Positions 36,886-51,337 of a stretch of DNA of 64,000 nt are shown piece by piece. The number at the start of each line of letters is the position of its first letter. Position 1 is the first letter of the stretch. The DNA is taken from the NCBI GenBank assembly GCA_032718475.1, contig JAUCBJ010009109.1, positions 1 through 64,000 of the forward strand. The letters run 5' to 3'. The stretch comes from Nemertoderma westbladi (lineage: Eukaryota; Animalia; Xenacoelomorpha). Below the pieces are notes generated by a model. It made no database searches, was not told the origin of the DNA, and worked only from the letters and a program-made list of their open reading frames with translations. Position numbers and translations under genes: made by a program.

Positions 36886-37470
36886 ATGTTGAACTTCAAC
36901 TGCAGTATAAAACTACCAACATTAAAAACGCCAATCGAACTCCTGTCATTATAATATCCATTATGAATAATGAATTAATACGTTAGGGAATACTGAGTTG
37001 GGAGGAAATATTAAGAGAATATAACGAAGATTATGTGAATACTTAATTAAATGAGACGTTGGACGGTTTATAAAGAATACAGGTCAGAGATTCATTTATA
37101 ATGAATTCATCATCATAGTGAACTGGCCACGGATTCCAGCTGCCCAATTAAAGTAAACATTTTGTGCCGGTCGCCAGGAGGAAATCCCCTAAGGATAAAT
37201 GGGTTGGCCTTCTGCTGGAATGGGTTACGCTCCTACCATGCAGCTCCCAGCGCGCCTCCCGATCTCGTATTACTCCAATATCTATCCGTGTTTGAAGGCA
37301 ACCCAATGGCCAGTATTACATGGCCAACCACCCAAATCCATTCAATTTCACGTTGTCTTTATATTCTCAGAGGATCAGAGTTACAGATCGCGAAGATAAA
37401 TACAAATATTTTACCGTAATCTCTAATAATATAATATTAAAGAAATAACCGCATGAGTGGGTTCCAAAAG

Positions 37471-40400
37471 TAAACACCAAACACAAGCACCCAATAATAA
37501 TATAGGTTGTTACAACAATAAATACCAAACATAAGCACCCCATAATAATATAGGTTGTTACAACAATAAACACCAAACACAAGCACCCCATAATAATATA
37601 GGTTGTTACAACAATAAACACCAAACACAAGCACCCCATAATAATATAGGTTGTTACAACAATAAACACCAAACATAAGCACCCCATAATAATATAGGTT
37701 GTTACAACAATAAACACCAAACACAAGCACCCCATAATAATATAGGTTGTTACAACAATAAACACCAAACACAAGCACCCCATAATAATATAGGTTGTTA
37801 CAACAATAAACACCAAACACAAGCACGCCATAATAATATAGGTAGTTACAACAATAAACACCAAACACAAGCACCCCATAATAATATAGGTTGTTACAAC
37901 AATAAACACCAAACATAAGCACCCCATAATAATATAGGTTGTTACAACAATAAACACCAAACACAAGCACCCCATCATAATATAGGTTGTTACAACAATA
38001 AACACCAAACACAAGCACCCCATAATAATATAGGTTGTTACAACAATAAACACCAAACATAAGCACCCCATAATAATATAGGTTGTTACAACAATAAACA
38101 CCAAACACAAGCACCCCATAATAATATAGGTTGTTACAACAATAAACACCAAACATAAGCACCCCATAATAATATAGGTTGTTACAACAATAAACACCAA
38201 ACACAAGCACCCCATAATAATATAGGTTGTTACAACAATAAACACCAAACATAAGCACCCCATAATAATATAGGTTGTTACAACAACAGACACCAAACAC
38301 AAGCACCCCATAATAATATAGGTTGTTACAACAATAAACACCAAACACAAGCACCCCATAATAATATACGTTGTTACAACAGTAAACACCAAACACAAGC
38401 ACCCCATAATAATATACGTTGTTACAACAGTAAACACCAAACACAAGCACCCCATAATAATATAGAACAATAAACACCAAACACAAGCACCCCATAATAA
38501 TATAGGTTGTTACAACAATAAACACCAAACACAAGCACCCCATAATAGTATAGGTTGTTACAACAATAAACACCAAACACAAGCACCCCATAATAATATA
38601 GGTTGTTACAACAATAAACACCAAACATAAGCACCCCATAATAATATAGGTTGTTACAACAATAAACACCAAACACAAGCACCCCATAATAATATAGGTT
38701 GTTACAACAATAAACACCAAACACAAGCACCCCATAATAATATAGGTTGTTACAACAATAAACACCAAACACAAGCACCCAATAATAATATAGGTTGTTA
38801 CAACAATAAACACCAAACACAAGCACCCCATAATAATATACGTTGTTACAACAGTAAACACCAAACACAAGCACCCCATAATAATATAGGTTGTTACAAC
38901 AATAAACACCAAACACAAGCACCCCATAATAATATAGGTTGTTACAACAATAAACACCAAACACAAGCACCCCATAATAATATAGGTTGTTACAACAATA
39001 AACACCAAACACAAGCACCCCATAATAATATAGGTTGTTACAACAGTAAACACCAAACACAAGCACCCCATAATAATATACGTTGTTACAACAATAAACA
39101 CCAAACACAAGCACCCCATAATAATATAGGTTGTTACAACAATAAACACCAAACACAAGCACCCCATAATAATATAGGTTGTTACAACAATAAACACCAA
39201 ACATAAGCACCCCATAATAATATAGGTTGTTACAACAATAAACACCAAACACAAGCACCCCATAATAATATACGTTGTTACAACAGTAAACACCAAACAC
39301 AAGCACCCCATAATAATATAGGTTGTTACAACAATAAACACCAAACACAAGCACCCCATAATAATATAGGTTGTTACAACAATAAACACCAAACACAAGC
39401 ACCCCATAATAATATAGGTTGTTACAACAATAAACACCAAACACAAGCACCCCATAATAATATAGGTTGTTACAACAATAAACACCAAACATAAGCACCC
39501 CATAATAATATAGGTTGTTACAACAATAAACACCAAACACAAGCACCCCATAATAATATAGGTTGTTACAACAGTAAACACCAAACATAAGCACCCCATA
39601 ACAATATAGGTTGTTACAACAATAAACACCAAACACAAGCACCCCATAATAATATAGGTTGTTACAACAATAAACACCAAACACAAGCACCCCATAATAA
39701 TATAGGTTGTTACAACAATAAACACCAAACACAAGCACCCCATAATAATATAGGTTGTTACAACAATAAACACCAAACATAAGCACCCCATAACAATATA
39801 GGTTGTTACAACAATAAACACCAAACACAAGCACCCCATAATAATATAGGTTGTTACAACAATAAACACCACACATAAGCACCCCATAATAATATAGGTT
39901 GTTACAACAATAAACACCAAACACAAGCACCCCATAATAATATAGGTTGTTACAACAATAAACACCAAACACAAGCACCCCATAATAATATAGGTTGTTA
40001 CAACAATAAACACCAAACACAAGCACCCCATAATAATATACGTTGTTACAACAGTAAACACCAAACACAAGCACCCCATAATAATATACGTTGTTACAAC
40101 AGTAAACACCAAACACAAGCACCCCATAATAATATAGGTTGTTACAACAATAAACACCAAACACAAGCACCCCATAATAATATAGGTTGTTACAACAATA
40201 AACACCAAACACAAGCACCCCATAATAATATAGGTTGTTACAACAATAAACACCAAACATAAGCACCCCATAATAATATAGGTTGTTACAACAATAAACA
40301 CCAAACACAAGCACCCCATAATAATATAGGTTGTTACAACAATAAACACCAAACATAAGCACCCCATAACAATATAGGTTGTTACAACAATAAACACCAA

Positions 40401-43400
40401 ACACAAGCACCCCATAATAATATAGGTTGTTACAACAATAAACACCAAACACAAGCACCCAATAATAATATAGGTTGTTACAACAATAAACACCAAACAC
40501 AAGCACCCCATAATAATATAGGTTGTTACAACAATAAACACCAAACATAAGCACCCCATAATAATATAGGTTGTTACAACAATAAACACCAAACACAAGC
40601 ACCCCATAATAATATAGGTTGTTACAACAATAAACACCAAACACAAGCACCCCATAATAATATAGGTTGTTACAACAATAAACACCAAACACAAGCACCC
40701 CATAATAATATAGGTTGTTACAACAATAAACACCAAACACAAGCACCCCATAATAATATAGGTTGTTACAACAATAAACACCAAACACAAGCACCCCATA
40801 ATAATATAGGTTGTTACAACAGTAAACACCAAACACAAGCACCCCATAATAATATACGTTGTTACAACAGTAAACACCAAACACAAGCACCCCATAATAA
40901 TATAGGTTGTTACAACAATAAACACCAAACACAAGCACCCCATAATAATATAGGTTGTTACAACAATAAACACCAAACACAAGCACCCCATAATAATATA
41001 CGTTGTTACAACAGTAAACACCAAACACAAGCACCCCATAATAATATAGGTTGTTACAACACTAAACACCAAACATAAGCACCCCATAATAATATAGGTT
41101 GTTACAACAATAAACACCAAACACAAGCACCCCATAATAATATAGGTTGTTACAACAATAAACACCAAACACAAGCACCCCATAATAATATACGTTGTTA
41201 CAACAGTAAACACCAAACACAAGCACCCCATAATAATATAGGTTGTTACAACAATAAACACCAAACACAAGCACCCCATAATAATATAGGTTGTTACAAC
41301 AATAAACACCAAACACAAGCACCCCATAATAATATAGGTTGTTACAACAATAAACACCAAACACAAGCACCCCATAATAATATAGGTTGTTACAACAATA
41401 AACACCAAACACAAGCACCCCATAATAATATACGTTGTTACAACAGTAAACACCAAACACAAGCACCCCATAATAATATACGTTGTTACAACAGTAAACA
41501 CCAAACACAAGCACCCCATAATAATATAGGTTGTTACAACAATAAACACCAAACATAAGCACCCCATAATAATATAGGTTGTTACAACAATAAACACCAA
41601 ACACAAGCACCCCATAATAATATAGGTTGTTACAACAATAAACACCAAACACAAGCACCCCATAATAATATAGGTTGTTACAACAATAAACACCAAACAC
41701 AAGCACCCCATAATAATATACGTTGTTACAACAGTAAACACCAAACACAAGCACCCCATAATAATATACGTTGTTACAACAGTAAACACCAAACACAAGC
41801 ACCCCATAATAATATAGGTTGTTACAACAATAAACACCAAACACAAGCACCCATAATAATATAGGTTGTTACAACAATAAACACCAAACACAAGCACCCC
41901 ATAATAATATAGGTTGTTACAACAATAAACACCAAACATAAGCACCCCATAATAATATAGGTTGTTACAACAATAAACACCAAACACAAGCACCCCATAA
42001 TAATATAGGTTGTTACAACAATAAACACCACACATAAGCACCCCATAACAATATAGGTTGTTACAACAATAAACACCAAACACAAGCACCCCATAATAAT
42101 ATAGGTTGTTACAACAATAAACACCAAACACAAGCACCCCAGAATAATATAGGTTGTTACAACAATAAACACCAAACACAAGCACCCCATAATAATATAC
42201 GTTGTTACAACAGTAAACACCAAACACAAGCACCCCATAATAATATACGTTGTTACAACAGTAAACACCAAACACAAGCACCCCATAAAAATATACGTTG
42301 TTACAACAGTAAACACCAAACACAAGCACCCCATAATAATATAGGTTGTTACAACAATAAACACCAAACACAAGCACCCATAATAATATAGGTTGTTACA
42401 ACAATAAACACCAAACACAAGCACCCCATAATAATATAGGTTGTTACAACCAATAAACACCAAACATAAGCACCCCATAATAATATAGGTTGTTACAACA
42501 ATAAACACCAAACACAAGCACCCCATAATAATATAGGTTGTTACAACAATAAACACCAAACATAAGCACCCCATAACAATATAGGTTGTTACAACAATAA
42601 ACACCAAACACAAGCACCCCATAATAATATAGGTTGTTACAACAATAAACACCAAACACAAGCACCCCATAATAATATAGGTTGTTACAACAATAAACAC
42701 CAAACACAAGCACCCCATAATAATATAGGTTGTTACAACAATAAACACCAAACATAAGCACCCCATAACAATATAGGTTGTTACAACAATAAACACCAAA
42801 CACAAGCACCCCATAATAATATAGGTTGTTACAACAATAAACACCAAACACAAGCACCCCATAATAATATAGGTTGTTACAACAATAAACACCAAACACA
42901 AGCACCCCATAATAATATAGGTTGTTACAACAATAAACACCAAACACAAGCACCCCATAATAATATAGGTTGTTACAACAATAAACACCAAACACAAGCA
43001 CCCCATAATAATATACGTTGTTACAACAGTAAACACCAAACACAAGCACCCCATAATAATATACGTTGTTACAACAGTAAACACCAAACACAAGCACCCC
43101 ATAATAATATAGGTTGTTACAACAATAAACACCAAACACAAGCACCCCATAATAATATACGTTGTTACAACAATAAACACCAAACACAAGCACCCCATAA
43201 TAATATACGTTGTTACAACAGTAAACACCAAACACAAGCACCCTAGAATAATATAGGTTGTTACAACAATAAACACCAAACATAAGCACCCCATAATAAT
43301 ATAGGTTGTTACAACAATAAACACCAAACATAAGCACCCCATAATAATATAGGTTGTTACAACAATAAACACCAAACATAAGCACCCCATAATAATATAG

Positions 43401-46400
43401 GTTGTTACAACAATAAACACCAAACACAAGCACCCCATAATAATATAGGTTGTTACAACAATAAACACCAAACATAAGCACCCCATAATAATATAGGTTG
43501 TTACAACAATAAACACCAAACACAAGCACCCCATAATAATATAGGTTGTTACAACAATAAACACCAAACATAAGCACCCCATAATAATATAGGTTGTTAC
43601 AACAACAGACACCAAACACAAGCACCCCATAATAATATAGGTTGTTACAACAATAAACACCAAACACAAGCACCCCATAATAATATACGTTGTTACAACA
43701 GTAAACACCAAACACAAGCACCCCATAATAATATACGTTGTTACAACAGTAAACACCAAACACAAGCACCCCATAATAATATAGAACAATAAACACCAAA
43801 CACAAGCACCCCATAATAATATAGGTTGTTACAACAATAAACACCAAACACAAGCACCCCATAATAATATAGGTTGTTACAACAATAAACACCAAACACA
43901 AGCACCCCATAATAATATAGGTTGTTACAACAATAAACACCAAACATAAGCACCCCATAATAATATAGGCTGTTACAACAATAAACACCAAACACAAGCA
44001 CCCCATAATAATATAGGTTGTTACAACAATAAACACCAAACACAAGCACCCCATAATAATATAGGTTGTTACAACAATAAACACCAAACACAAGCACCCA
44101 ATAATAATATAGGTTGTTACAACAATAAACACCAAACACAAGCACCCCATAATAATATACGTTGTTACAACAGTAAACACCAAACACAAGCACCCCATAA
44201 TAATATAGGTTGTTACAACAATAAACACCAAACACAAGCACCCCATAATAATATACGTTGTTACAACAGTAAACACCAAACACAAGCACCCCATAATAAT
44301 ATAGGTTGTTACAACAGTAAACACCAAACACAAGCACCCCATAATAATATAGGTTGTTACAACAATAAACACCAAACACAAGCACCCCATAATAATATAG
44401 GTTGTTACAACAGTAAACACCAAACACAAGCACCCCATAATAATATACGTTGTTACAACAGTAAACACCAAACACAAGCACCCCATAATAATATAGGTTG
44501 TTACAACAATAAACACCAAACACAAGCACCCATAATAATATAGGTTGTTACAACAATAAACACCAAACACAAGCACCCCATAATAATATAGGTTGTTACA
44601 ACAATAAACACCAAACATAAGCACCCCATAATAATATAGGTTGTTACAACAATAAACACCAAACACAAGCACCCCATAATAATATAGGTTGTTACAACAA
44701 TAAACACCAAACATAAGCACCCCATAACAATATAGGTTGTTACAACAATAAACACCAAACACAAGCACCCCATAATAATATAGGTTGTTACAACAATAAA
44801 CACCAAACACAAGCACCCCATAATAATATAGGTTGTTACAACAATAAACACCAAACACAAGCACCCCATAATAATATACGTTGTTACAACAGTAAACACC
44901 AAACACAAGCACCCCATAATAATATACGTTGTTACAACAGTAAACACCAAACACAAGCACCCCATAATAATATAGGTTGTTACAACAATAAACACCAAAC
45001 ACAAGCACCCCATAATAATATAGGTTGTTACAATAATAAACACCAAACACAAGCACCCCATAATAATATACGTTGTTACAACAGTAAACACCAAACACAA
45101 GCACCCTAGAATAATATAGGTTGTTACAACAATAAACACCAAACATAAGCACCCCATAATAATATAGGTTGTTACAACAATAAACACCAAACATAAGCAC
45201 CCCATAATAATATAGGTTGTTACAACAATAAACACCAAACATAAGCACCCCATAATAATATAGGTTGTTACAACAATAAACACCAAACACAAGCACCCCA
45301 TAATAATATAGGTTGTTACAACAATAAACACCAAACATAAGCACCCCATAATAATATAGGTTGTTACAACAATAAACACCAAACACAAGCACCCCATAAT
45401 AATATAGGTTGTTACAACAATAAACACCAAACATAAGCACCCCATAACAATATAGGTTGTTACAACAATAAACACCAAACACAAGCACCCCATAATAATA
45501 TAGGTTGTTACAACAATAAACACCAAACACAAGCACCCCATAATAATATAGGTTGTTACAACAATAAACACCAAACACAAGCACCCCATAATAATATAGG
45601 TTGTTACAACAATAAACACCAAACATAAGCACCCCATAACAATATAGGTTGTTACAACAATAAACACCAAACACAAGCACCCCATAATAATATAGGTTGT
45701 TACAACAATAAACACCAAACACAAGCACCCCATAATAATATAGGTTGTTACAACAATAAACACCAAACACAAGCACCCCATAATAATATAGGTTGTTACA
45801 ACAATAAACACCAAACACAAGCACCCCATAATAATATAGGTTGTTACAACAATAAACACCAAACACAAGCACCCCATAATAATATACGTTGTTACAACAG
45901 TAAACACCAAACACAAGCACCCCATAATAATATACGTTGTTACAACAGTAAACACCAAACACAAGCACCCCATAATAATATAGGTTGTTACAACAATAAA
46001 CACCAAACACAAGCACCCCATAATAATATACGTTGTTACAACAATAAACACCAAACACAAGCACCCCATAATAATATACGTTGTTACAACAGTAAACACC
46101 AAACACAAGCACCCTAGAATAATATAGGTTGTTACAACAATAAACACCAAACATAAGCACCCCATAATAATATAGGTTGTTACAACAATAAACACCAAAC
46201 ACAAGCACCCCATAATAATATACGTTGTTACAACAGTAAACACCAAACACAAGCACCCTAGAATAATATAGGTTGTTACAACAATAAACACCAAACATAA
46301 GCACCCCATAATAATATAGGTTGTTACAACAATAAACACCAAACATAAGCACCCCATAATAATATAGGTTGTTACAACAATAAACACCAAACATAAGCAC

Positions 46401-49400
46401 CCCATAATAATATAGGTTGTTACAACAATAAACACCAAACACAAGCACCCCATAATAATATAGGTTGTTACAACAATAAACACCAAACATAAGCACCCCA
46501 TAATAATATAGGTTGTTACAACAATAAACACCAAACACAAGCACCCCATAATAATATAGGTTGTTACAACAATAAACACCAAACATAAGCACCCCATAAT
46601 AATATAGGTTGTTACAACAATAAACACCAAACACAAGCACCCCATAATAATATAGGTTGTTACAACAATAAACACCAAACATAAGCACCCCATAATAATA
46701 TAGGTTGTTACAACAACAGACACCAAACACAAGCACCCCATAATAATATAGGTTGTTACAACAATAAACACCAAACACAAGCACCCCATAATAATATACG
46801 TTGTTACAACAGTAAACACCAAACACAAGCACCCCATAATAATATACGTTGTTACAACAGTAAACACCAAACACAAGCACCCCATAATAATATAGAACAA
46901 TAAACACCAAACACAAGCACCCCATAATAATATAGGTTGTTACAACAATAAACACCAAACACAAGCACCCCATAATAATATAGGTTGTTACAACAATAAA
47001 CACCAAACACAAGCACCCCATAATAATATAGGTTGTTACAACAATAAACACCAAACATAAGCACCCCATAATAATATAGGCTGTTACAACAATAAACACC
47101 AAACACAAGCACCCCATAATAATATAGGTTGTTACAACAATAAACACCAAACACAAGCACCCCATAATAATATAGGTTGTTACAACAATAAACACCAAAC
47201 ACAAGCACCCAATAATAATATAGGTTGTTACAACAATAAACACCAAACACAAGCACCCCATAATAATATACGTTGTTACAACAGTAAACACCAAACACAA
47301 GCACCCCATAATAATATAGGTTGTTACAACAATAAACACCAAACACAAGCACCCCATAATAATATACGTTGTTACAACAGTAAACACCAAACACAAGCAC
47401 CCCATAATAATATAGGTTGTTACAACAGTAAACACCAAACACAAGCACCCCATAATAATATAGGTTGTTACAACAATAAACACCAAACACAAGCACCCCA
47501 TAATAATATAGGTTGTTACAACAGTAAACACCAAACACAAGCACCCCATAATAATATACGTTGTTACAACAGTAAACACCAAACACAAGCACCCCATAAT
47601 AATATAGGTTGTTACAACAATAAACACCAAACACAAGCACCCATAATAATATAGGTTGTTACAACAATAAACACCAAACACAAGCACCCCATAATAATAT
47701 AGGTTGTTACAACAATAAACACCAAACATAAGCACCCCATAATAATATAGGTTGTTACAACAATAAACACCAAACACAAGCACCCCATAATAATATAGGT
47801 TGTTACAACAATAAACACCAAACATAAGCACCCCATAACAATATAGGTTGTTACAACAATAAACACCAAACACAAGCACCCCATAATAATATAGGTTGTT
47901 ACAACAATAAACACCAAACACAAGCACCCCATAATAATATAGGTTGTTACAACAATAAACACCAAACACAAGCACCCCATAATAATATACGTTGTTACAA
48001 CAGTAAACACCAAACACAAGCACCCCATAATAATATACGTTGTTACAACAGTAAACACCAAACACAAGCACCCCATAATAATATAGGTTGTTACAACAAT
48101 AAACACCAAACACAAGCACCCCATAATAATATAGGTTGTTACAATAATAAACACCAAACACAAGCACCCCATAATAATATACGTTGTTACAACAGTAAAC
48201 ACCAAACACAAGCACCCTAGAATAATATAGGTTGTTACAACAATAAACACCAAACATAAGCACCCCATAATAATATAGGTTGTTACAACAATAAACACCA
48301 AACATAAGCACCCCATAATAATATAGGTTGTTACAACAATAAACACCAAACATAAGCACCCCATAATAATATAGGTTGTTACAACAATAAACACCAAACA
48401 CAAGCACCCCATAATAATATAGGTTGTTACAACAATAAACACCAAACACAAGCACCCCATAATAATATAGGTTGTTACAACAAAAAACACCAAACACAAG
48501 CACCCCATAATAATATAGGTTGTTACAACAATAAACACCAAACACAAGCACCCCATAATAATATAGGTTGTTACAACAAAAAACACCAAACACAAGCACC
48601 CCATAATAATATAGGTTGTTACAACAATAAACACCAAACATAAGCACCCCATAATAATATAGGTTGTTACAACAATAAACACCAAATACAAGCACCCCAT
48701 AATAATATAGGTTGTTACAACAAAAAACACCAAACACAAGCACCCCATAATAATATAGGTTGTTACAACAATAAACACCAAACACAAGCACCCCATAATA
48801 ATATAGGTTGTTACAACAAAAAACACCAAACACAAGCACCCCATAATAATATAGGTTGTTACAACAATAAACACCAAACATAAGCACCCCATAATAATAT
48901 AGGTTGTTACAACAACAGACACCAAACACAAGCACCCCATAATAATATAGGTTGTTACAACAATAAACACCAAACACAAGCACCCCATAATAATATAGGT
49001 TGTTACAACAGTAAACACCAAACACAAGCACCCCATAATAATATAGGTTGTTACAACAATAAACACCAAACACAAGCACCCCATAATAATATAGGTTGTT
49101 ACAACAATAAACACCAAACACAAGCACCCCATAATAATATACGTTGTTACAACAGTAAACACCAAACACAAGCACCCCATAATAATATACGTTGTTACAA
49201 CAGTAAACACCAAACACAAGCACCCCATAATAATATACGTTGTTACAACAGTAAACACCAAACACAAGCACCCCATAATAATATAGGTTGTTACAACAAA
49301 AAACACCAAACACAAGCACCCCATAATAATATAGGTTGTTACAACAATAAACACCAAACACAAGCACCCCATAATAATATAGGTTGTTACAACAATAAAC

Positions 49401-51337
49401 ACCAAACATAAGCACCCCATAATAATATAGGTTGTTACAACAACAGACACCAAACACAAGCACCCCATAATAATATAGGTTGTTACAACAATAAACACCA
49501 AACACAAGCACCCCATAATAATATAGGTTGTTACAACAATAAACACCAAACATAAGCACCCCATAATAATATAGGTTGTTACAACAATAAACACCAAACA
49601 CAAGCACCCCATAATAATATAGGTTGTTACAACAATAAACACCAAACACAAGCACCCCATAATAATATAGGTTGTTAAAACAATAAACACCAAACACAAG
49701 CACCCCATAATAATATAGGTTGTTACAACAATAAACACCAAACACAAGCACCCCATAATAATATAGGTTGTTACAACAATAAACACCAAACACAAGCACC
49801 CCATAATAATATAGGTTGTTACAACAATAAACACCAAACATAAGCACCCCATAACAATATAGGTTGTTACAACAATAAACACCAAACACAAGCACCCCAT
49901 AATAATATAGGTTGTTACAACAATAAACACCAAACACAAGCACCCCATAATAATATAGGTTGTTACAACAATAAACACCAAACACAAGCACCCCATAATA
50001 ATATAGGTTGTTACAACAATAAACACCAAACACAAGCACCCCATAATAATATAGGTTGTTACAACAATAAACACCAAACATAAGCACCCCATAATAATAT
50101 AGGTTGTTACAACAATAAACACCAAACACAAGCACCCCATAATAATATAGGTTGTTACAACAATAAACACCAAACACAAGCACCCCATAATAATATAGGT
50201 TGTTACAACAATAAACACCAAACACAAGCACCCCATAATAATATAGGTTGTTACAACAATAAACACCAAACACAAGCACCCCATAATAATATAGGTTGTT
50301 ACAACAATAAACACCAAACATAAGCACCCCATAATAATATAGGTTGTTACAACAATAAACACCAAACACAAGCACCCCATAATAATATAGGTTGTTACAA
50401 CAATAAACACCAAACATAAGCACCCCATAACAATATAGGTTGTTACAACAATAAACACCAAACACAAGCACCCCATAATAATATAGGTTGTTACAACAAT
50501 AAACACCAAACACAAGCACCCCATAATAATATAGGTTGTTACAACAATAAACACCAAACACAAGCACCCCATAATAATATAGGTTGTTACAACAATAAAC
50601 ACCAAACATAAGCACCCCATAACAATATAGGTTGTTACAACAATAAACACCAAACACAAGCACCCCATAATAATATAGGTTGTTACAACAATAAACACCA
50701 AACACAAGCACCCCATAATAATATAGGTTGTTACAACAATAAACACCAAACACAAGCACCCCATAATAATATAGGTTGTTACAACAATAAACACCAAACA
50801 CAAGCACCCCATAATAATATAGGTTGTTACAACAATAAACACCAAACACAAGCACCCCATAATAATATACGTTGTTACAACAGTAAACACCAAACACAAG
50901 CACCCCATAATAATATACGTTGTTACAACAGTAAACACCAAACACAAGCACCCCATAATAATATAGGTTGTTACAACAATAAACACCAAACACAAGCACC
51001 CCATAATAATATAGGTTGTTACAACAATAAACACCAAACACAAGCACCCCATAATAATATACGTTGTTACAACAGTAAACACCAAACACAAGCACCCCAT
51101 AATAATATAGGTTGTTACAACACTAAACACCAAACATAAGCACCCCATAATAATATAGGTTGTTACAACAATAAACACCAAACACAAGCACCCCATAATA
51201 ATATAGGTTGTTACAACAATAAACACCAAACACAAGCACCCCATAATAATATACGTTGTTACAACAGTAAACACCAAACACAAGCACCCCATAATAATAT
51301 AGGTTGTTACAACAATAAACACCAAACATAAGCACCC
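37471..51337. repeat. 48-bp satellite array (~13.9 kb, ~290 copies), cut off by the retrotransposon
   Basis: Unit aaacaccaaacacaagcaccccataataatataggttgttacaacaat; ~3.1-kb internal duplication. Confidence 0.99.

Noticed and set aside
37140-37420. Possible upstream MAGI exon (GFG motif on - strand) or + strand ORF
   Set aside because: GFGWLAM is followed by a stop, with no PDZ pattern and no fitting splice sites.
4315-51337. CRISPR-like regular repeats
   Set aside because: No unique spacers, no cas genes, and a eukaryotic spliced context.
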